Shown: positions 7,673-14,652 of the stretch, piece after piece
Layout: every line of letters starts with the position of its first letter
Position numbering within the stretch: position 1 is the first letter of the stretch
NCBI GenBank assembly: GCA_040756235.1
Contig: JBFLZG010000071.1
Coordinates: forward strand, 1 to 26,984
Source of the DNA: a bacterium
GTDB lineage: Bacteria; Desulfobacterota; DSWW01
Direction: 5' to 3'
Length of the DNA stretch: 26,984 nucleotides
Translations under genes and position numbers: made by a program
The notes under the pieces: model-generated
What the model saw: only the letters and a program-made list of their open reading frames with translations
The model's database searches: none
What the model was told of the DNA's origin: nothing

Positions 7673-8479
7673 ATGGAATCCGCCGCGAACCGGATGAGCA
7701 CAGATACCAGGCCGGAAGCCCGGGCCGCGGACATGGCGGCCCTGATCGGAAGGGTACGGGACTTCCTGGCCGAGCGCGCGCCGAGGACGCGGTCCTGGGC
7801 TCCGCCTCTCGACCCCGGTGCGCTTTCGGGTCGCTTCGGGTTCACGCGGCGGGGGGAGGGCAAGGCCGAGGTCATCCTGTCCGACGAGGTGGCCGTGGAG
7901 CTCGGCCACCCCTCGACTTCCTCGCGGGCCATGGCGCTCCTCTCCTGGCAGCCCGGCCTCGTCCGGCCGGGCTGCGTTTCGCTCCTCGGCCCGGACCTCG
8001 AGGCCATGGAGCCGGGCGTGAGCCACCCGTTCGCGCAGGTCGTTCTCCTCGAGGTGAAGGAAGGCCGGATGCCGGATCCGTTCGCGATCGACAGCGCCCA
8101 GTACCTGCTCCACCGGCTGCCCGGCTACATGGTGAGATCGGTCCCGGGCAGGCTCTGGGTGCGGGTGAGCCGGGCCGGCCGCGCGGCCGGTCTCGATCTC
8201 CAGGTCGTGGGCTCGGCCCTGATCGCGGCCTTCACGGGCGACTTCGACGAGGTGGAGGCCGCGGAGGTCGTATTCGTGACCTCGAGCCGGGCGGACGTGG
8301 AGGCTCTCCGGCAGGTCGCGGCCGAGGCCGACATCCTGGCCGGCCGGCACAAGAAGCTCGTGCTGGGCGTGGACGGCACGGTCGAGTGCCGGGAGCTCGC
8401 CTGCGACACGTGCGACGAGAAGCCGGTGTGCGACAACCTTCGGGACATCGTGATCCAGAGGAGGAATCGGAAGACATGA
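7673..8479 (+). CDS. Stand-alone protein resembling the acetyl-CoA synthase (AcsB/CdhC) middle domain, with a C-terminal Cys4 motif
   Basis: VELGHP, LLGPDL...HPFAQVVLL, LPGYMVR...LWVRVSR...GLDLQVVGSALIAAF...EVVFVT recall ACS domain 2; tail CxxxxCxxCxxxxxC (CRELACDTCDEKPVC); no A-cluster domain. Confidence 0.65.
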   Translation: MESAANRMSTDTRPEARAADMAALIGRVRDFLAERAPRTRSWAPPLDPGALSGRFGFTRRGEGKAEVILSDEVAVELGHPSTSSRAMALLSWQPGLVRPGCVSLLGPDLEAMEPGVSHPFAQVVLLEVKEGRMPDPFAIDSAQYLLHRLPGYMVRSVPGRLWVRVSRAGRAAGLDLQVVGSALIAAFTGDFDEVEAAEVVFVTSSRADVEALRQVAAEADILAGRHKKLVLGVDGTVECRELACDTCDEKPVCDNLRDIVIQRRNRKT

Positions 8480-9159
8480 GCGAATCGACTGCGCTCCGCA
8501 AGACCGAGGCCCTTGCCTCCTTCTTCGACCGCCTGATCTCCATAGAGTCCATCATCCGCATCGTTGTCTCGCAGGCGCGGCTCGCCGCCTCTTTCACCTT
8601 CCGCGGGGAGCCGTCCAAGAAGGTCCTCCTGGATCTGTCGGCCGATCCGGCCCGGGTCACGCTCGACGGAGAGGCCAGAGGAGGGCAGATCTCGATCACG
8701 ATCGAAGGCGCCATCATGCACGACATCCTGCTCGGCCGGGTGAAGCCGGGCCTCGCCCTGGGCCGCAGGGAGCTCCTGCTCCGAGGGAGCGCCATGGACC
8801 TGTCGAAGTTCATCCCGCTTTTCGACTTCGGCCCTGTCCTGTACAGGGAACACCTTGCGGACGCAGGCTACGGCCGGTTCGCGCGGCGGCAGGCATCCGC
8901 CCTGCCAAAGGAGACGCCCATGAGCGGTCAGACATCCAAGGGTGGCCCGGTGCGGCTCGTGGAGCTTTCCGGGTTCGAGAAGGCCTTCTTCAAGGCCGTC
9001 AACGGAATCGCCTACGGCGTGGGCTACCTGGTGGGGCTCCTCCGCTATCGGGTGTTCGAGAAGATGAGCCTGTTCGAAGTCCTCGGGGCCATGTCGCGCG
9101 GCCTGGATGCCGCAAGCCCGAAGGAGCTGCGGGAAGGGCGGGGCCAGGGCAGCGAGTAG
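8476..9159 (+). CDS. SCP2 (sterol/lipid-binding)-like domain protein with a hydrophobic C-terminal module (227 aa)
   Basis: ATGA overlap with GAGGA RBS; ISITIEGAIMHDILLGRVKPGLALGRRELLLRGSAMDLSKF resembles the SCP2 C-terminal signature; C-terminal amphipathic helices. Confidence 0.6.
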   Translation: MSESTALRKTEALASFFDRLISIESIIRIVVSQARLAASFTFRGEPSKKVLLDLSADPARVTLDGEARGGQISITIEGAIMHDILLGRVKPGLALGRRELLLRGSAMDLSKFIPLFDFGPVLYREHLADAGYGRFARRQASALPKETPMSGQTSKGGPVRLVELSGFEKAFFKAVNGIAYGVGYLVGLLRYRVFEKMSLFEVLGAMSRGLDAASPKELREGRGQGSE

Positions 9160-9163
9160 AGCC

Positions 9164-9916
9164 ATGGACGCGGAAAAACCGATTCTGGCGATCTGCGGCA
9201 AGGGCGGTGTGGGAAAGACCGCGTGCTGCGCCCTGCTGTCCCGGGCGCTTCTGGAAGCGGGTGTGAGGCCGCTGCTCCTGATCGATGCCGATCCGGTCGG
9301 CGGGCTGGCCTCGGCCATCGGCGAGCGCGCGGTCAGGACGATCGCCGCCGTGCGCGAGCGGCTCATCGCCTCGGCGCGGACCGCGGACGAGGCCGAGAAG
9401 GCGAGGCTCGCCATCGACCTCGATTACCTGGTCATGGAGGCTCTCCTGGAGCGGGACGGCTACTCGCTGTTCGCCATGGGGCACAACAGCGAAAAGGGCT
9501 GCTACTGCCCGGTCAACACGCTCTTGAGGCAGGCGATCGACCTGGTCGCGGATCCGTTCTCGGCCGTGCTCATCGATGCCGAAGCGGGCATCGAGCAGAT
9601 CAACCGCCAGGTGACCCGGCGGGTCTCCCGCATCCTCGTGGTTACGGACGGCTCGACCCGCAGCACCGACACCCTCAACGTGATCGCCGGCATGGTCGGC
9701 AAGGTCCGCGTGTCGGTCGTCGCCAACCGCTCGGCAGCGGGCGCGGCCGAAAGACTTCCCGAAGGCGTCGACCTGGCAGGCGCGATCCCGGAGGATGACG
9801 AGCTCAGCCGGTTCGATCGGGCGGGCCGCCCTCTCTGGGAGCTGCCGCCCCAAAACCCGGCGCTCCGGGCGGCGCGGGGGATCGCAAGGTCGCTGGGGTT
9901 CCCGGCCGGAAGCTGA
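9164..9916 (+). CDS. cooC: CooC/AcsF-type MinD-family ATPase (nickel-insertion-like maturation factor)
   Basis: Deviant Walker A GKGGVGKT, IDADP, metal-binding GCYCPVN, IDAEAGIE; starts 4 nt after the upstream stop. Confidence 0.85.
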   Translation: MDAEKPILAICGKGGVGKTACCALLSRALLEAGVRPLLLIDADPVGGLASAIGERAVRTIAAVRERLIASARTADEAEKARLAIDLDYLVMEALLERDGYSLFAMGHNSEKGCYCPVNTLLRQAIDLVADPFSAVLIDAEAGIEQINRQVTRRVSRILVVTDGSTRSTDTLNVIAGMVGKVRVSVVANRSAAGAAERLPEGVDLAGAIPEDDELSRFDRAGRPLWELPPQNPALRAARGIARSLGFPAGS

Positions 9917-9940
9917 GGGGGGGCAGCTCAACGGGCTCAC

Positions 9941-9968
9941 GTAGGGGCGTATGGCCATACGCCCCTAC
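9941..9968. repeat. GTAG-type REP, 28-bp perfect palindrome
   Basis: GTAGGGGCGTATGGCCATACGCCCCTAC. Confidence 0.85.
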
Positions 9969-10001
9969 AGAGGCGGGCCACCCGCCGCACGCGATCTTGC
10001 C

Positions 10002-10173
10002 CTGGATCCCGGCTCTCACGCGCTGGGCAGCAGGGGCACGGGATGACGGTACGCCTCTTCCGTCATTCCGGCGCAGGCCGGAATCCAGTCCCTGCTCCCG
10101 TGATTGCCGCTGTTCTTGATGCAGGCTTCTGGATCCCGGCTCACACGCGCTGCGCAGGTGGGCCGGGATGACG
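10002..10173 (+). repeat. CGTC-type REP cluster (one half unit plus a REP doublet at 10061-10173)
   Basis: CGTCATTCCGGCGCAGGCCGGAATCCAG ... CTGGATCCCGGC...GCCGGGATGACG; inverted homolog at 16414-16527. Confidence 0.85.
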
Positions 10174-10226
10174 AATACGATACAGCCTCCGAGCCGGAAT
10201 CAAGCCTTGTGAGGAGAAATCCGATC

Positions 10227-11357
10227 GTGCTTCCCGAGTCGATCCGAGAAGCGGTGCAGAATCTGCAGAACGAAGAGCTGGCCGGATTCCGCAAGCGGGG
10301 CGGGCGTGCGATCGGCTTCTTCTGCAGCTATGTTCCGGAAGAGGTGCTCAACACGGACGGGCTGGCCTCGTTCCGGATGCGGTCCAGGGGATGCGCCGGA
10401 ACCGAGGCGGCCGACGGCTGCATGGGCATCTTCAACTGCACCTACACGCGCCACTGCCTGGAACAGGGGCTTCAGGGCGGGTACGAATTCCTGGACGGCT
10501 TCGTCTTCGCCCCGAGCTGCGACCACCTGCGCAGGCTCTACGACAACTGGGTCTACTTTCTGAAGCCCTCCTTTGTGGCGCTCGTGGACGTTCCCCACCT
10601 GCGCGACGAAGACGCCCTCCGATGGTACCGTGACGAGATCGCCGGCCTCTGGGGGAAGCTCGCGGCCGCCTTTTCCCTGCCCGACGATGCGGAGGCGATC
10701 TGGCAAGGCATCCGCAAGACGAACCGCACGCGCCGGCTCCTGCGCGACCTGGACGGCACGAGGTCGCAGGACCCCCCGGGGCTCAGCGGCACCGAGATGC
10801 AGGAGATCTCGCTCTTTGCGGCGAGCGTTCCCAAGGAGGTCGCGGACCCGGTCCTGGAAGGGGTCCTCGACCGGCTGAGAGCGCACCCCGCGCGCCCCTC
10901 CTCGCACCGTGCCAGGGTCCTGCTCGTCGGCTCGCATCTCGACGATGTCGGGTTCACGGAGGTGGTGGAACAGACCGGCGCGCTGGTGGTCAAGGACGCG
11001 TACTGCTGCGGGCTGCGCGACCAGCTGGATCCGGTGGACGAGTCGTGCGGCGGCGGCGACCCGTTTCTGGCCATCGCACGCAGGTATCTCGACCGCCTTT
11101 CCTGCCCGCGGATGTATGACGATTATCCCCGCAGGCTGGAGCGGATCGTGCGCATGGCGGAAGAGGCATCGGTGGACGGCGTCATCCTGGAGCAGATGAA
11201 GTTCTGTGAGACCTGGGGGATCGACGGCAACGTGCTCGCCCAGGATCTGAGGGCGCGCGGGTTCCCGATCCTGCGCCTCGAGCGGGAATACCAGCCGGGC
11301 GGCGTGGGGCAGCTCCGGACCCGGGTGCAGGCTTTCCTGGAGAGCATGGGGAAGTAG
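10227..11357 (+). CDS. Second beta-type (six-Cys) 2-hydroxyacyl-CoA dehydratase / benzoyl-CoA reductase family subunit
   Basis: GTG start after GAGGAG; GFFCSYVP, NCTYTR, PSCDHLRR, DAYCCG, SCPRM, KFCETW, GQLRTRVQAFLE; paralog of 4132..5304. Confidence 0.9.
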   Translation: MLPESIREAVQNLQNEELAGFRKRGGRAIGFFCSYVPEEVLNTDGLASFRMRSRGCAGTEAADGCMGIFNCTYTRHCLEQGLQGGYEFLDGFVFAPSCDHLRRLYDNWVYFLKPSFVALVDVPHLRDEDALRWYRDEIAGLWGKLAAAFSLPDDAEAIWQGIRKTNRTRRLLRDLDGTRSQDPPGLSGTEMQEISLFAASVPKEVADPVLEGVLDRLRAHPARPSSHRARVLLVGSHLDDVGFTEVVEQTGALVVKDAYCCGLRDQLDPVDESCGGGDPFLAIARRYLDRLSCPRMYDDYPRRLERIVRMAEEASVDGVILEQMKFCETWGIDGNVLAQDLRARGFPILRLEREYQPGGVGQLRTRVQAFLESMGK

Positions 11358-11359
11358 AT

Positions 11360-11486
11360 AGAGCCTGTCCCAAAACGCCCATCTGCGGCGTTGCGCTCAT
11401 CCCTCGTCATTGCGGCGTACTCCCATGTACGCCTCATTCCTCGGGATTTCGCGCGCCTTGCATCTGGGCATTTTTGAGCAGGCTCT
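11360..11486 (+). repeat. 127-bp structured repeat (MITE-like) with imperfect terminal inverted repeats
   Basis: AGAGCCTG...GCCCATCTGC at the left, GCATCTGGGC...CAGGCTCT at the right, internal GGCGTAC-N6-GTACGCC hairpin; homologs at 14246 and 26829. Confidence 0.85.
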
Positions 11487-11636
11487 CGAACTAGAGCTTG
11501 TGGGACAGGCTCTGGAAGGGTATCAGGTTCCAGGTATCCGGTGTCGGCTCCCGGCGGCCCTGCCCACCGGATGCCCATATCGGCTGCGTCTCGCGTCCCA
11601 ACACCCAACACCTAATACCTAGTAGCTGGTGACGCC

Positions 11637-13016
11637 ATGGGCAAGGTCCCTTTGCGCACACGACTGAAGGAAGCTCCGCTGAAGGCCCGGAACTTCTCCA
11701 TGCTGGCTTCCCTTCTCCTGAGCGTCGGGCCCGCGGAGTTTCTGAGGCTCTACAAGCGATTCCCCTGGATCCGATCCGCGGCCGGGATCCACCGGCTCAT
11801 GGACCACGGGATGAACTACCGGGACTGCATGGGCGAAGGGATCCACCTCATCATCCGGTACGTGTGCGACACCCTGGAAACATACGTGAAGGACCCCGAC
11901 AACCTCGTCTGGTACGAGGAGCTTCTCACGCCGGAGATCCCCCGGGCCATGGGCTTCGTGCCGTTCATGGCCGAATCCCTGGGACTGATCCTGCCCCTGC
12001 TCGACCCCCATGCGGCCGTCCCCAACCTGGACCGTACGGAGAACGCCGGCTTCCCGGCAGACATGTGCTCGTTCATCAAGAGCTCGCTGGGACAGGTCCT
12101 CGGCGGCGAGCTTCCCAAGCCCAGGCTGATTCTCACCACCAATTCGCCGTGCGACAGCGCCATGGCCGGCTACGTCCCGCTCCAGAAGGTGCTGGGCGTC
12201 CCGGTGTTCCGTCTGGACCACCCCTTCGAAACGAACGAGCGAAGTCTGGACTACTATGCGCGCGGGCTCCGGAAGATGATCCGCTTTCTGGAACAGGAGA
12301 CGGGCCGCAGGATGGACTACGACCGCCTCCGGGAGATCTGCGAGGAGCGGAACCGGGCCAGCCAGTACCTGCTCGAGCTCAGGGAGACGATGCGGCGCCG
12401 GCCGGCGCCGCTGGGCGGGCTCCTGATGACTCTCAGCATCCTCGGGCACGAGGTGATGGCCGGCACCCCCGAGGCCACGCGGTTCTGCAAGAGCCTGCGG
12501 GACCACGCCGTGCGGCGCGTGCGTGCGGGCGTAGGGGCGGTGAAGGAGGAGAAGATCCGCGCCATCCTGTGGAACCCGCCGTTCATGATCGACGGGGGCC
12601 TGTTCAGGTGGATGGAGGACACCTTCGCCGCGGTCGTCGTCATGGACATGCTCGGCTACCGATCGTATTCCCTGATCGACACGTCCGGCCCGGAAGCCAT
12701 GATCCGCGGGCTCGCCTGGGACATGATGAAGGGGCCGATGGCGCGCCACACGCGGGGGCCCGCGCAGAACTATTATGAAGACCTGGTCCGGCTGGTCGGC
12801 GAGTACCAGGCGGACATGGTGCTCCTGGCCAGCCACCAGGGGTGCAAGAACGCGCTGGCCGTCACGGGCATCGTCCGGGAGGTGCTCCGGCGCCGGTCCA
12901 TCCCGTTTCTGGACATCCAGTACGATCTCATGGATCCCCGGGTCACGTCCCCCGCGGAGATTCGTAGCCAGGTCTCCCGCTTCATGGAGACGATCATGGC
13001 GGACCTGATCGCCTGA
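11637..13016 (+). CDS. Second alpha-type 2-hydroxyacyl-CoA dehydratase / benzoyl-CoA reductase family subunit
   Basis: GFPADMCSF, NSPCDS, FLEQETGRRMDYDRLREIC, HQGCKN, YDLMDPR; paralog of 5301..6611 with a longer basic/hydrophobic N-terminus. Confidence 0.9.
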   Translation: MGKVPLRTRLKEAPLKARNFSMLASLLLSVGPAEFLRLYKRFPWIRSAAGIHRLMDHGMNYRDCMGEGIHLIIRYVCDTLETYVKDPDNLVWYEELLTPEIPRAMGFVPFMAESLGLILPLLDPHAAVPNLDRTENAGFPADMCSFIKSSLGQVLGGELPKPRLILTTNSPCDSAMAGYVPLQKVLGVPVFRLDHPFETNERSLDYYARGLRKMIRFLEQETGRRMDYDRLREICEERNRASQYLLELRETMRRRPAPLGGLLMTLSILGHEVMAGTPEATRFCKSLRDHAVRRVRAGVGAVKEEKIRAILWNPPFMIDGGLFRWMEDTFAAVVVMDMLGYRSYSLIDTSGPEAMIRGLAWDMMKGPMARHTRGPAQNYYEDLVRLVGEYQADMVLLASHQGCKNALAVTGIVREVLRRRSIPFLDIQYDLMDPRVTSPAEIRSQVSRFMETIMADLIA

Positions 13017-13173
13017 GGGCCGGCCCTCGGAGCGGCGGTATTCGGACGGGACGGTTCGGGGCTTGCAAGCCGCCGGGTGAAATGGCAACCTCGCAACCAG
13101 CGCCCAGGCCGGGCGATTGGCTCGGCGCAGGGCTGGTTTCGGCGCGCTCCCACTCCCGTGAGGCTCGACGCAC

Positions 13174-14247
13174 ATGCAGCAAGCTCGAAGGTTCGGTGAG
13201 CAAGGCGGCTGGTTTCTGCTCGTCTGCCTCCTGCTCGTCCTCACCCTGGGCTACATCGTCCTCCGGCCTTTTCTCAAGATCTTCCTGCTGGCCATGATCC
13301 TGGCCACGCTCTCCCATCCCATCTACACCTGGATTCTGCGCCGATCCAAGGGGCGCAGGAACCTGGCAGCGTTGCTGGCCTGCCTCACGGTCCTGCTCCT
13401 GATCATCATCCCTTGTCTCGTGCTGCTCGGCGTGGTTGCCAGGGAGTCGGTGCAGGTCTATGAGTGGATCAGTGAAAAGGTGGAGAGCGGCGTTCTGGAC
13501 CAGAGTCTACAGAGAGCTCTGGAGCTGCAGAAGAGGATCGTGCCCGATCTGAATCTGGGGAACATCGAGGTCGGAAAGACCGTGGCCGGCCTGGCCGGCA
13601 GGGCGAGCGGACTCCTGGTGAAGTGGAGCACCGGTGCGGTCATGGCCGTCACGACCGCTCTTTGGCAGTTCTTCCTGCTGCTTTTCGCCCTCTTCTATTG
13701 CTACAAGGACGGCTCGGCCTTTCTCAGCTGGGTCATGCATCTGACGCCGCTGCCTCGGACCCTGGAGACGGAGATGTTCGAGAAGTTCCAGGAGGTGAGC
13801 GAGTCCGCGTTCTACGGGACCTTTCTGACCGCCGTGGCCCAGGGGGCCCTGGGCGCGCTCGGTTTCCTGATCGCGGGCCTGCCTCCTCTCGTGTGGGGCG
13901 TCGCCATGGCGGTCTTCAGCCTGGTCCCGATCGTGGGGACTTTCATCATCTGGGGACCGGCCTCCCTGATCCTCATCCTGACCGGCCACGTGGCGGCAGG
14001 CATCTTCCTGGCCGCGTGGGGCGTAGTGGTGGTGGGTCTGTGCGACAACCTGCTGCGGCCTCTGCTCATGAGAGGCAAGAGCCAGCTCCACCCGGTCCTC
14101 ATCTTCTTTTCCCTGATCGGCGGAATCTCGGCGTTCGGACCGCTCGGGATCCTGCTGGGCCCTCTCGCGATCGTGCTCATCATCTCCATGCTGCGGGCCT
14201 ACGAGGAGGCAGCCAGGCCCTACCTGGACTTCATGGACACCCAATAG
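13174..14247 (+). CDS. AI-2E family (PerM/TqsA-like) transporter
   Basis: 357 aa, many TM segments; FYCYKDG, SLVPIVGTFIIWGP, DNLLRPLLM, HPVLIFFSLIGGISAFGPLGILLGP signatures. Confidence 0.92.
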   Translation: MQQARRFGEQGGWFLLVCLLLVLTLGYIVLRPFLKIFLLAMILATLSHPIYTWILRRSKGRRNLAALLACLTVLLLIIIPCLVLLGVVARESVQVYEWISEKVESGVLDQSLQRALELQKRIVPDLNLGNIEVGKTVAGLAGRASGLLVKWSTGAVMAVTTALWQFFLLLFALFYCYKDGSAFLSWVMHLTPLPRTLETEMFEKFQEVSESAFYGTFLTAVAQGALGALGFLIAGLPPLVWGVAMAVFSLVPIVGTFIIWGPASLILILTGHVAAGIFLAAWGVVVVGLCDNLLRPLLMRGKSQLHPVLIFFSLIGGISAFGPLGILLGPLAIVLIISMLRAYEEAARPYLDFMDTQ

Positions 14248-14580
14248 AGGCTGGCGATAAACGCCCATCTGCGGCGTTGCGCTCGTTTATCGTCACTGCG
14301 GCGTACGGCAAGAGTACGCCTCGTTCCTCAAACTTCGCGCGCCTTGCATCTGGGCATTTCTCGCCAGCCTCTGGCAGGGGGCGGAATAAACGCCCATCTG
14401 CGGCGTTGCGCTCGTGGGGCGTGGAGGCCCTTGGGGAGCCTGCCCCGGCGCAGGCCGGGGTCACTGCGGCGTACGGCAAGAGTACGCCTCGTTCCTCAAA
14501 CTTCGCGCGCCTTGCATCTGGGCATTTCTCGCCAGCCTCCGGCAGGGGAAGGAATAGACGCCCATCTGCGGCGTTGCGCT
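14246..14580 (+). repeat. Tandem array of the 127-bp structured repeat (one full copy, one copy with an insertion, one left-end fragment)
   Basis: Full copy 14246-14372 with a perfect 12-bp TIR AGAGGCTGGCGA/TCGCCAGCCTCT; second copy about 14386-14539; third fragment about 14553-14580. Confidence 0.9.
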
Positions 14581-14599
14581 GATCCGGGCAGCCCTGCAG

Positions 14600-14627
14600 G
14601 CGGGGGCGAAAGATTTTTCGCCCCTAC
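14600..14627 (-). repeat. GTAG-type REP
   Basis: Minus strand GTAGGGGCGAAAAATCTTTCGCCCCCGC; lies between convergent genes. Confidence 0.75.
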
Positions 14628-14652
14628 AGCGTCCCAGCGCCGGCCAAAGCCG

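Noticed and set aside
7654..8475. N-terminal 274 aa of the 501-aa ORF 7654..9159
   Set aside because: Out-of-frame overlap with the ACS-like gene and Gly/Arg/Pro-rich; the real start is ATG 8476 with RBS and ATGA coupling.
7673..9916. Wood-Ljungdahl (acs) gene cluster
   Set aside because: No cooS, acsC/D/E or A-cluster domain in the window.
11123..11622. Short ORFs sharing peptides such as ERNAADGR and RALHLGI (also near 14231-14582 and 16309-16494)
   Set aside because: They are translations of the dispersed 127-bp repeat, with no independent evidence of coding.
14246..14580. CRISPR-like array
   Set aside because: Units are ~130-170 bp and nearly wholly repeated, with no unique spacers and no cas genes; the same unit occurs dispersed elsewhere.
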